DNA from: Lama glama | Taxonomy: Eukaryota | NCBI GenBank assembly: GCA_028534125.1 | Contig: CM052818.1 | Coordinates: forward strand, 2,420,001 to 2,484,000 | Length of the DNA: 64,000 nt | Direction: 5' to 3' | Shown here: piece by piece, positions 13,348 through 25,212 of the stretch | Numbering within the stretch: position 1 is the stretch's first letter | How the letters are laid out: every line of letters begins with the position of its first letter | Program-made: the position numbers and the translations under genes | Notes under the pieces: model-generated | What the model was told of the DNA's origin: nothing | The model's database searches: none | Seen by the model: the letters and a program-made list of their open reading frames with translations, nothing else

Positions 13348-13868
13348 CTGTTGGAAAAGTTAAGAAAAACAAAACAAAACACAGAATTGTGAACAATTAC
13401 TGACAACTGGCCAGGTTCCAAACAATCTCAATAAATGTGCAATATAATTTGTGAGAATTTCAGTGTAGACACGTTTCCTAAAACTAGTATTAGTTATATT
13501 TTTTAAAGCCCTACAAATAAATCTACAAAATAACACAGAAGGTAAAATCCTAATGGTATCAATCTAATTCCACCTTTACTTAATTTCAGTAAGATTACAG
13601 CTATTTCCTAAATGATGTACAAGTTTTGAAACATGATGCACAAAAATACTATATTTAAAGCATTTATCAATTAATATAATGTAAAGAATTCACTGTTCCA
13701 TATGTTAAATAATATCTAGCAAGTGTTTTGGAGACTTTGTGGACTATTAAAAGCACCTCAAAGGCAACTAGAAAGTTAGCAGCTAACTAGATTATTCCAC
13801 TGATTAATTTATATATATACACAAAAAAATTTATATAATACGTATTTTAAGATATGCAATACTAAGTA

Positions 13869-14391
13869 CAGGCATATCTCGTTCTATTGCACTTCACAGA
13901 TAATACATTTTTTACAAATTGAAGACTTGTGATAACTTTGCAATAAGCAAGTCTACTGGCGCCATTTTCCCAACAGCATTTGCTAACTTCATGTCTCTGT
14001 ACATTTTGGTAATTCTCACAATATTTCAAACCTTTAATATTATTTTATTTGTTGTGGTGATCTCTGGTCAGTGATCTTCAATGTTACTACTGCAAAAAGA
14101 TCACGACTCAATAAAGCCTCAGATGATGGTTGGCATTTTTCAGCAATAAGGTATTCTTTAACGAAGGTATGTACATTGTTTCTGAAGACATAACGCTACT
14201 GCACACTTATTAGAGTACAGTACAGTATAAACATTTTTATATGCACTGGGAAACCAAAACAATTCACGTGACTTGCATTTATTGCAATATTCCCTTTACT
14301 ATGGTGGTCTGGAAGTACTTTATCCACAGTGACTAGAGCTTGTGCTAGATGTGCAGCTGCATCTTCCTGTAGTATCTGTGAGGTATGCCTA
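13869..14391 (+). mobile_element. Internally deleted Tigger1 (TcMar) MITE with templated insertion
   Basis: TA|CAGGCATATCTC ... GAGGTATGCCTA|TA terminal inverted repeats and TA TSD; Tigger1 5' and 3' blocks joined near 14090. Confidence 0.9.
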
Positions 14392-15244
14392 TATGAGGTT
14401 TTTTTTTTTTTGGAGAAAGTTATATGGAAAAATTAAAGCCAAACAGAACTGCACTTGAAAAAAAACAGTATCTGTAATTTGAAATATGGTGCCAATACTA
14501 AAGAAAATAAATTCCTGGCAGCCCTCCAACACATTTAGTATGCTATCAATGGTCAATTACTAGCAAATATAATAATGATATCAGAATATATACTCAGTAA
14601 TTTTGGGGTGGGGGGAGAAATCTGTAAGCAATTGTACTATCAATTTATTAAGCCATGGAACGAACCACAATCCTTATTTCTGCTTCTTAAACTACTGACA
14701 TTTCTCCTTGCCCCAACAAAATCGGCCTTAATTTATTCCCTACCAAGGGAAAAAATACAGTAACTGAAAAAATATTCTATGAATGATGGAAACCTAAAAT
14801 ACCAAACAATCAAATATAAACTGTTCTATGTTTACTTGGCAGTAGAGGCCAGTACCAAGAAAGTAAATCTTAGAGCCCATCCAGTGGGTTAAACTAAGCC
14901 ATACCCAAAGGACCACAAAATGGAGAGGACTCCAGTTTAACACCAGTCTCCTTTACACAGATGCATTTATAACGAACTCCTATCGATACGAGACTGGAGG
15001 TGTCTTCCTACTCTAATTCCCTTTCCACCCCTGTGTAACCTTTTGCCCTCCACCAAGAACACAAACTATTTAACTTAGCTCAAGGTCAGATAAAGAACTG
15101 GTGATGGAGGTCAAAGGTAAATTTCTCATTCCTGTCTCTTGCTATCAAACTAGTCATTGCAGGAAAGACACAAGTTACACAGTAGATGAACTCTTTCATG
15201 GAGTGATGGACTAGATGGGTTAGTATGAGTGGCCTATTTCTTAC

Positions 15245-15310
15245 CTCTTTGGATTTGGAACTTCTACCAGTGGTGCTTTTAGGATTCTTAGTGTTTTGCC
15301 CAGTCAAAGT
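15245..15310 (-). CDS. ZNF638: ZNF638 exon 23
   Basis: 66 nt, TLTGQNTKNPKSTTGRSSKSKE|gtaaga. Confidence 0.94.
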
Positions 15311-15922
15311 CTGAAATATTAAATAAGAAACACAGAAAAACAGAATTTATAAAGAGGTTATTAATGTTCCTTAAAACAAAAAAGAATTCAAACAGCAAAC
15401 AGTATCCAAACACGTTCATTTATACAAGTATTTAACAGGTATACCAAGCTAAGTCAACAATCAGTTAACAGGACAGGCATCATCTCCGTAAGTTGTAGTC
15501 AAATTCAGTTTTACTGGTCTTTTCTTCCCTTTAGGCACAATGTCTAAGTTGGGCAGTCAGTAAGCTGATAAAGGAAGCTTCAATTTAAAAGAGAAAAACG
15601 GTTTCCCATTCAGAAGCAGAGCGCTAAATCACCTTAGGAGATTCACTGCAGACTTTTTAAACACAGTTGTATTTCTGACCACATTTTATTTATCCAAACA
15701 ATGCTTTCAAACCTGTTAATAAATTACAAGCTTGAGCTTATTATTCTAAGTGTCTATTGGTTTAAATCAAAGGAATCATTTAAGAAAGGGAAATGGGAGC
15801 TTGGGGGTGAAGGGAGTGAGGAGGTGAAAGCATAAAACAAGATTACATCTCCTACTCCTTAGCTACAGCAGAGAGCTAATCACTTCAAGGATACTCTGGG
15901 CCGCTCTTCCTACCCGCCTCAC

Positions 15923-17147
15923 CTTATTGTTGCTGTCATCCCGTTTCATGATGGAAGGTTTAGCCTCTGTTTCCTGAGATTGTTTTGTAATATCCCTGTA
16001 ATCCAGTTTAGAATCCTTGCCTTGCAGGGCTGAGATCCTTCCACTGCCTCCTCTGGTAACACCGCTCTGAGTGGGTTTCAATTTACTGCTGTTTTCAGCC
16101 AAGCCTGACCTGGCACTTGTAGGTTTAAGCAGACCCAATTCCTTGGCTGAAAGTTTCTTTTCTGCATTTATTTGATCTCTGAGTACAGATTTTAGAAAAC
16201 TTTTCTGATTTTCAGATTTTGAGGCCGTAGCTTTTGCCTTTGGAGAGGAGATCATACCAGCCTTGATGCTTGACTTACTGCTAGATGCATTTGATGCAGC
16301 CAGCATACTGATTTTACTAGTTTCATCAGGCTTATTGGCCTGACCCACTCCTTTATTTGGGCATGCCTTGGTCACTGAATTTTCTGCAGGCTTTTCTTTT
16401 ATTGTAGCCACAACCTTTTCCAACTTCTCTGCAACCATCCTATCATCATTCTTCTCAGCCTTCTCTATTCCCATTTGCAGATCCATTCTGGTTTCCTTGG
16501 TATTTAATTCATTCACCTCCTTTTCATCCATGTTACTTTTTTCAGAAATTCCCTTTGTGCTCACTGCCTGCTCATCCCCAGTGGAAATTCCCGGTACCAA
16601 GGACACAGCACAAGTAGATGGTATTATTTCTGAAACAGTTTCATGTTTGTCTACTTCAGCTACAGCTTCTATCATAGACTGTGTAATCCCAGAAAAGAAA
16701 TCTTCCGCTTCACATGGCGAGTCTTCTAGAATTCCTTTGATGTTCCCTTCTTCTATAAATACACTATCAGATGTTGATAATTCTGTTTCAGGGTTAATAA
16801 TTTCTGCCTCTTCCTTCTCAAAGTCACTGGTATACACCTGTTGATTTAAAACAGACTCCTCTACATTGTCAGTGAATAAGTCAATACTGCCTGGAGTGGA
16901 TGCAACAAGAGGAATTTCCACTTTGACCTCCTCTCCGTGGGTTTCAACTTCCAACGTTTCAATAACAAAGTCAGAGTCACACAGTGCTTTTTCAGGTTCT
17001 TCCTCACAAGGCTCTTCCTGCTGTATAGAAGTTCCTATTTGAATGTTGGAAACAGATTCTTCTTCAACCTCACTAGGTTTAACAGAGAGACTATCAGCTG
17101 CTGTTTGCACCTCACTTTCATCAACTGGATTGTTTTTCAAGTCAGGG
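15923..17147 (-). CDS. ZNF638: ZNF638 exon 22 (large acidic region, includes reported DNA-binding region)
   Basis: 1225 nt, ttttag|C CCT GAC ... DDSNNK|gtgagg; within the 460-aa ORF. Confidence 0.96.
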
Positions 17148-20100
17148 CTAAAAGTATTTAAAAACAAACAAAAAGAACACAAACAAAAAACACAAACAAA
17201 AATCAAACTATGATGAGAATCAACCATCATAAATAATCCTGTCAATGCTAATTGTTAAGACTTCCTGATGCATTAGCAGTAAGCATTGGGAAGTCCAGCC
17301 AATCAGCATTAAAAATGGTTAAGTTTTGATGTAAATATATAAACAGTGTAAAATTTTAAAGAGATCCTCCACTGCACTGAAGACTTCTTTTTAGTTAAAA
17401 GGAAATAATAGCAATATGATATGATCCTTTCACTCATGTAAGTTACAGCCAATTTTTTTCCTTCTGTGTCAAGTTTGCCTCTGACATCAGAAGACCGTAT
17501 GTGAACTTGAGACATCTCAAATTATTAGGTCTCATTATCCCAACAGTTGTAGCTGAAATAATATGTTTATGGTTCTACAATGAAACTAATGATCTATGGA
17601 TTAAAATTTTAAATTTTGTAAGTGAGCCTTACCTAAAAGGAAGATAAACAGAAAATGATAGGCCAGACTCTAACCACTTCTTTTTTTTGGATGTGTAACA
17701 GATTTGTTTTTAACTTCCCAAGAACTGTATTTATTAGTAATACTTAAAAGAAAACTTTCTTTGGAAATATCTTTTAAATACACTTTTGGAGATTTAAAGT
17801 TAGAGGCAAAGCTAATAGAATCACCTTAACATAAACATGTAGTCTTATTATAAAATATACGCCTTTGGGTATATTATTCAAGAAATATGTTAAAAGAAAT
17901 CTTTCCAGTTACAGAGAATAATTTAAAATTACAATACATAACTTAAGATTTTAAGTAAAATTATTCAGAAGAAATGCAGAAAATACACGGCAAGTACATG
18001 CGATTGATCTCATTTCACCATGGTCCTCCGAAATCCAACATTTTTAAAAGTATGTGATTCAACTATTTTCACTGACACAGAGAGGATAAACTGTTTTGAT
18101 ATTAATGCTCCATACATCAGCGGTTTTCTTGAAGAGTAACAAGGAAAATCTTAGCTTCTGAAGACAATGTTCAGCACGCTATCAACACAAATTAAAGTTT
18201 AAGAGATACATTCACTTAAGTACATCAGAATAGCAGCAGGTTGGAAAAAGACACCAGAGAGTGATCATGCCATATCAGTATCTCAGTATTGACTTTTCCC
18301 CCTACTTTTTAAGGAAGGAGGGGATGAGACATCCCCTTTGATATGCTTCTCACAGGGTGGCCATATACTCTCAGGTTAATGTAAGATGACGTTTATTTGT
18401 ATCTTGAGATGTTAATAATATTTCAGAAGTTTGGAAGAAGTAAGCACTACCACATCAGGGTCCAATCATATGAGCCAATAAACCATTCTTCCCTCCACAA
18501 AAGATCGTAAGTTTAAACTTCCAAAGGAGAAAACTTTTCTAAGAGATCAAAGAAATATTGAAGAAAAATTGAAGAAAAGTTGTTAAAGCCAAAAAATCTG
18601 AGGAATTTATTTAAGTTAAAAAGTCAGTAATCACAGACCTTAATCAACGTGTATTCTATTCATTTGTATAAGCTACCCTTTGTATGATGAAAGGGTTTAA
18701 AGTTTTTTTATTTGAAATAACTCACATCCCTTATATATTCAAAAATAACAAAGACTAATTTCCAGTGTTCCAAATTCTTAAGACAAGTCAAAATAAAACT
18801 TGTTGCCAAGCACAAATATGACAAAGATAAGAAAAAGTTGTGATGTTCAGTTACAGCAGTTATGTAAATATTTTTTCTCAAAAAATAATCTTTCATTTTT
18901 AGGTTACAAGACTCATTTCCAATAATGACTGAATTTAAATTCCTGCCTCATTACATAAGAGGACATTAACCCTAAAGGCTTTACAAATTAGGGCTATACA
19001 AAAACACCAGTTTACTGGGCTAGAAGGGTAACAATGGAGATTTTGATTCCTGGCTCTAGGGTATAGCAAGTCTTTCCCCTTTACCTATTTATATCTTGCC
19101 AATAAATTTAAAAAGCTATTATCTTTTATACAAAATGAATCACTATGCAAGTTCCATACTTCAAACAGACAGCACAAACCTATTTGGAAAAATGGCTTAA
19201 TTCCATATTTGTTCTTGTGTCAATCTTTTAAAATTGCAAGTGCTTTCTTCATAGGATTCATTTTCCAAAAATTAGTATCTAGTTTTCTGGCTAACATAGC
19301 AAAAAGTTTCAGTGTTCATCAAGTAAGCTTGGAAAGTCAGTTTGAGATGTCAAATAAACAAAATTAATACCAGAGTTAAAAAAAAAAAACAGTCTTCTAA
19401 AAGATCAAAGAAAACATAATCATATTCTGGGAAATGGCCCTAAAAAGGATTGCAGGAGGGCTAGATTCAGGATACAGATATCTAGTTTCCCACCCTCCTG
19501 TCCTACTCCCATCCCTCCATAACACCAAGGTTTCAAAATCTTCAGAGAATGTACACAATAAAAGCTGGCCATGAGAACAAAGGTTAGCGTCATACCATAC
19601 ACTTTCCGAGAAACTTTAGACTGAGACTTAACAACACTGAAGATTAGTATTTATTTCAGAGGGCCACTGAGTACTTCCCAACATTGTTAATGAAGTGGTG
19701 AACATTTCATCTTGCATCTGTATTTGGAGCCTTAATCACATAATAAATAAATAACATTCACTTGGGGGGGGGTGAGAGAACAGGCAAAATGTAGAATTTT
19801 ATTAAGTTATTAATATATCCATGTGAAATTTATTTAAAGAGGAAATAAATACTTTACATTAATTATAAGCAATAGGATCATATTCATGATGAATTAGCAC
19901 CCGCAAGCCCTTGAAACAAAAAACAAAAGACACAACAACCACCAGCATTTTCCCAGAATCAGTTTACTCCAATAAAGAAACTGTGAAGTATTTGGCTACA
20001 TCCAATGTATTTTGTCTCTAATGTCATACAAGTCAGAAAAAACTGATTGCAAAGCGGGAATTAAGAAATTATTAGTGCTAGAATTTTAAAAATTAATTTT

Positions 20101-20827
20101 ATAAGATTAGACAACTATCTGAAAATTCATTAAGAAATACCTGGTTTTAAAATATAAGAGAAGTCAAAACAATGAGAGAGAGAGAAAATGACCAATACAG
20201 AGACAATAACCATTCTCTCAGATGTAAAAGAAACCGTCAAAGAAAATATACAAAATGGACTTTTGGAAGAGCCTACTTACTTACCAGCCAGAGTTACTTG
20301 TGGCCAAACTGTAGGTCTATTCATAGTACTACACGTGGCACTGTTACCTTCTCAGCCCTCTGTGGGCTTTTCTACCAAGCACTGCTGCTGGTATTACTTT
20401 GCAGGCGTGTAAATATAGTTGGTATGATGATGTGCAACTTAAAACTTGCTATGCAAACACATACAGCAAAAACCTATTGCTTAAAGTTACCAATATACTT
20501 TTAATGTACTCATAATCATCTTTATCACTTTAAAGTCTCATTGTATAAAAATTAATCACTGAGAAGAAAAATCCGTAAGACTTTTTATTTTTTAAGAATC
20601 TTATAATTAGGCAGTGCATCAAATAAAATAATTAAACTTTCTGTATTTAAACACTTTCAAACTGATCAGCTCTTATTACACTGACTAAGAAATAAGGGTA
20701 AATCACCTAGTATAAAAGAAGAAAGAATTATCAGTCAGTGATTCCCAACAACGAGCAGTAAAAGGGAGGTTATTCATTGGTGGGACAAGGGTGGAGTTCA
20801 TCAGGATGAGAAAGTGACTAAGAAGAG

Positions 20828-20829
<2 letters not shown>

Positions 20830-20915
<86 letters not shown>
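20830..20915. repeat. (GT)43 microsatellite; (CA)n in the transcript
   Basis: Direct count: 86-nt perfect dinucleotide run. Confidence 0.98.
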
Positions 20916-20916
<1 letters not shown>

Positions 20917-21505
20917 TTGAAAGCAAGACTGTGAGTTACTAGTTTAGTTACTGCAGATTCTGAAGAACAAGCTTTCATCCTCTGAAAATATAAAGCAGTG
21001 TACATATTATTTTGTTTTACACTGAAATACATAGTAATTATTATCTTTTTGGTTTTAAAGTCAGTGAAATTTTAAAGGATTACACAAAAATATTAAAAAC
21101 TTACTACCGTACCTAACTATTCTGGAATAGAAAAATCTATGAATATAGTGGTAACAGAATTGAGCTGTTCAAAAGTCTTAGCAAAACACGTCATAAAGAA
21201 GTCAAATTTATATATTTAATTCAAATTGTGTTTATAGATTCACTTTTCCTTAAAAGAAAATCCCTAAATAATCAAAACAGACCCCAAACAACAACAAACA
21301 TTTAAGCCTTAGGTCAAACAGAACCAAAAAAACCTCCCAAAACAAAACAAAACCAAAAACACCTTCCTAACACTCTTACATACAAAATGATCATGAAAGA
21401 TAAAAACTTTTTGTTATAAGTGAATGATTACCATGAAGTATAGAAATAAAATTCAGTAATTAACTATATACTATAGAAAATGTTAGCAAACTTAAAGCAA
21501 CATAC

Positions 21506-21543
21506 CTTTCTTTTCCTAGTTCTGGGTCTTTCTCAGCTTCAAC
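21506..21543 (-). CDS. ZNF638: ZNF638 exon 21
   Basis: 38 nt, VEAEKDPELGKE + AG|gtatgt (phase 2). Confidence 0.9.
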
Positions 21544-21967
21544 CTGTAATATAATTCCACATTTTGTAAGAGGCTATTCTACAGGATTTAAATATTTAAC
21601 CCATTAACGCAGTATTTTCAGTTCTTAAAATCTAAGCTAAGAAAACAAAACCACACCTTAAAATATATCAAAACAGCTAGTTTTCAGTGTCCACATAACT
21701 ATCAGACTCTAGAATTTTTTCTCATTTTTAGATAAAGAGCACTAAGTAAGATTAGACAGAATAAATGACACATAGCAATTAATGAGAAAAATAAGTTTCC
21801 ATAATGATGATATAAATAAGAAATTTTTTAACTTTAAAAGCCCAGAAATACCAGCTTTTGCTAAGAATAAAAACAACTAACTCGAAATATCAACATCTTT
21901 TTCGTGCAATTATTATTTTGAAAGACTTTTATAAGGGAGACCAGCTGACTTAAAAAGTTTTCTACTT

Positions 21968-22112
21968 GGGGGGTGAGGGTATAGCTCAAGCGGTAGAGCG
22001 CAAGCTTGGCATGCAAAAGGTCCTGGGTTCAATTCCCAGTACCTCCTCTAAAAATAAAATAAGCCTAGTTACCTCCTCCCCCAAAAATATTTTTATTAAA
22101 GGCCTTTGAAAG
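21968..22112 (+). mobile_element. tRNA-derived camelid SINE (Vic-1-like)
   Basis: GAGGGTATAGCTCAAGCGGTAGAGCG...GGTCCTGGGTTCAATTCCCAGTACCTCC; 13-bp TSD AAAAAGTTTTCTA at 21952-21964 and 22113-22125. Confidence 0.88.
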
Positions 22113-24466
22113 AAAAAGTTTTCTATTCAAAACATGTAAAAGTGCTAGACAAAATTTAACAATAATCCTTTTAAATATGTGTATACACACATACATATAT
22201 CTTAATCTATTTATAGTCTGTCTCCTCCACTAAAATAGAAGCTCCTTGAGGACTGGGACACTGACTCCTCTGTTTACCAATGTTTTCTTAAGTCTAAAAC
22301 AGTGGTGGCATAGAGAAGGAATTAGGTAACTGTTTAATGAATTAATAAATAAATGCTAAAAGCTTTCAGAGAGAAAAAAATAGAATACATAGAAAAGGTA
22401 TGGCTGGAATCAGCCTTCTCCTTAACATTGGTTAAGAAAAACAAAACAATAAAAGGAAGAACAACCTGAGCATGGAATTCTCCACCCAGACATACTATCA
22501 ATGAAATACGTAAGAACAAAATAGTTATTTCCAAATATGCAAGGAAATCAGAAAGGTTACCGTCCACACATACTTTCTGAAAAAATTATCTGACAGCGTC
22601 TTCTAGCAAACAGAAAGTAATCTAAGAGAGTATGAGATAGAGTCCAAGGAATAACAGAAGTAACTCAGAAGAGCAACAAACAGAAAATCAAAGGTATATA
22701 GGTGCTTATGAAGCAAATGGCCATAAATTTAAACAGGGTGTCAGAAGAACAGCTCTGAAAAGGAGAGTAGATTCTATTCAACAAACAGTAATTAAGTTAT
22801 ATGACCCGAGTAACATGGAGTCTTCTTTTTCCCTATCAAGAACAACAAAAAACTCCTTAACCATACAGGAAAGCCATAATTCAAATACTGAAGAAAACAA
22901 AAACACAGCATCATTTTGAAAAATGACTGAATATAAGACACTTCAGCGTGTGCAAGTTACTGACACGTATTTCTTTTCTTTACTCTTTATTTTCCTTACG
23001 CACTCATTAAATATTTCAGTCAAGGTATCAAAAATGCAGGTATTGGTTTTCGGTACTTAGAATTACGCCTTCATGCTTTGTATGCAAGGTTACTATAGTT
23101 ATAGAATTAAAGGCTGTAATGTACTACCTGTGGAAGTAACATTACAGGTTAACAAAAATGGGGGGAGGGTGTTAAAGAGAGGGTAACACAGGATGCTAAT
23201 TCATTATGAACATGGTAAATTTAAAACTGTTATTAAAAAATCTGGGGGCAGAATTTATTTCCATTTCATAGTCTAGCTTAGGCTTTCACTCCTTTTCACA
23301 TAGACCATTGCAGTATCTTGAAATTAGTCTACTTGCCTCGACTTATGATTTGTTGAATGGATATAATGGACACTATGTGACATGCTCAAGATTAGGAGGC
23401 TCTCTTATCAGTAGTGGAGCTAATAAGTCTTCTACAATAAGTCAATTGTGCTCTCCAACTTAATGAGCTGAGTCAGAATAAGGCTGAGTAAGGACCTGGG
23501 AAGCAAAGCATTAATTCAGGCAGAGGTTTCATATAATTTCCACTTGTTTCATTAAGTCTACTCGGGACCTTGGGACCATATTTCTGGAAGAAAATTTCTG
23601 TATAGCCAGAGTTTATTCTAATTCTGAACACAGTTGAAAGTAATAACCTGAAACATATCAAACCCACAAAATCTTTAAACTACAGGTTCTGTTGAGGAAA
23701 AAAATGCTAAAAACTTTAAAATTTTTTTCTGAAATCAGGTTAAACAAGCCATTCAAATTTGTGCTTAAGTCAGTACCTACCATGGTGCATTTACTTAAAT
23801 GTACTTTAATTTGGATTTAGATGGTGGAATTATTTTTTTTGAGCTAGCACAAGATTTTGGGCAGATTAAGAAAAAACATGCAGACACCAAAGGTAAGGCT
23901 TTATTTACCTCCCTATTTACTTTTCACTGAGATACAATAAAACTATTAGAAAGAGAAAACATCTGAGTTTGAATTTAATTCTTCCATAGGCAGACTATTT
24001 ATAGTTTTCATAGATTATCACTATGCAAGCCAAGAATCTAACATCTTGTTTCTTATACAAGAAGAGAGTTTATAATAATTTAAACAAATAAATGAACTTT
24101 CTATCAGAAGGAAATCAAAATGGACTCTGTAGATTCTGCAGTCTGGAGATAATCATATTATATACATGGAATCACTCTGCACATATGTCCATAGTAAGTA
24201 ACAATGAATATACTACATTTTTCAAAATTACCTCAATTTATTCACATTTAGACAAATTTGTACTATTCCATAAACCATGAAAATTGGAATAGTGATTGCA
24301 AAATAAAAATTTAAAACCAAGTGTATCCAAACTCAGAGCCAGTTGACTACTGACCAAGAATAATTCTCCAAATTACCTTCTGAGTATATCTTCTACTTTT
24401 GGGAGAATGACCTTTAAGCTTTTTTCATTTTCTAAAAGCACAAAAATTGATACAAAATAATCTTAC

Positions 24467-24592
24467 CTTCAATGAATCCATCTTTGGAGACAATGTGCAG
24501 GTCAATACATGGTCACCTATGTTCTGTGGATTTTGTTTCAGAAAGCTGTACATTGATTGAGCAGCTTCAGGACTATCTAACTGAAGAATTGC
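24467..24592 (-). CDS. ZNF638: ZNF638 exon 20
   Basis: 126 nt, [42 protein letters not shown]|gtaaga. Confidence 0.95.
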
Positions 24593-24629
24593 CTTTGGAG
24601 TAAACAAAAAAGTATAATTAATAGTTCCT

Positions 24630-25212
24630 TACAAAATTAAAAGCAGAATTACCATATTATCCAGCAATTTTATTTTTTCGGTATGTACCCAAAAGAACTG
24701 AAAGCCAGGACTCAAAACAGTTATTTGTACACCTACATTCATACCAGTATTGTTCACACAGCCAAATGTTAGAAGCAACTGAATGTCAATCAGCAGATGA
24801 GTGGATATGTGGTATATGCATACAATGGAATATCATTCAACCTCAAAAGGAACGAAATTCTGATAGATGCTACAACACGTGTTAGAAGAAATTATGCTAA
24901 GTGAAATAAGCCAAACACAAAAGGACAAAAATTGTAGGATTCCACTTATATGAGGTACCTAAAGTAGTCAAATTCATAGAGACAGGAAGTTGAACGAAGA
25001 ATGGTGGTTGCCAGGAAAAAGGGGGATGGGGAGTTACTGTTTAATGGACAGGGAGTTTCAGTTCGCAAAAATGAAAAAGTTCTGGAGATGGATAGTGGTG
25101 ATGGCTGTACAACACTGTGAATCTACTTGATGCCACTGAACTTAAACTCAAACACTGTTAAAATGCTAAGTTTTGTTATGCATACTTTACCACAATAAAA
25201 AATTTAATTTTT
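24630..25212 (+). mobile_element. L1M (L1MA/MB) 3' end
   Basis: agaattaccatat..ccagcaatt, tgctaagtgaaataagcca, ttctggagatggatagtggtgatgg, A-rich end. Confidence 0.85.

Noticed and set aside
16368..17161. + strand ORFs of 158 and 74 aa
   Set aside because: Antisense to exon 22; composition explained by the sense codons.
17148..17245. N-terminal part of the 460-aa ORF (MTGLFMMVD...)
   Set aside because: It is the polypyrimidine tract of the exon 22 acceptor (F/C/V-rich translation), not coding sequence.
20703..21032. 109-aa ORF with poly-(HT)
   Set aside because: Translation of the CA microsatellite.
21975..22050. tRNA-like sequence
   Set aside because: A-rich tail, TSD and degenerate stems indicate a SINE rather than a tRNA gene; the same applies at 1610-1686 and 42935-43010.
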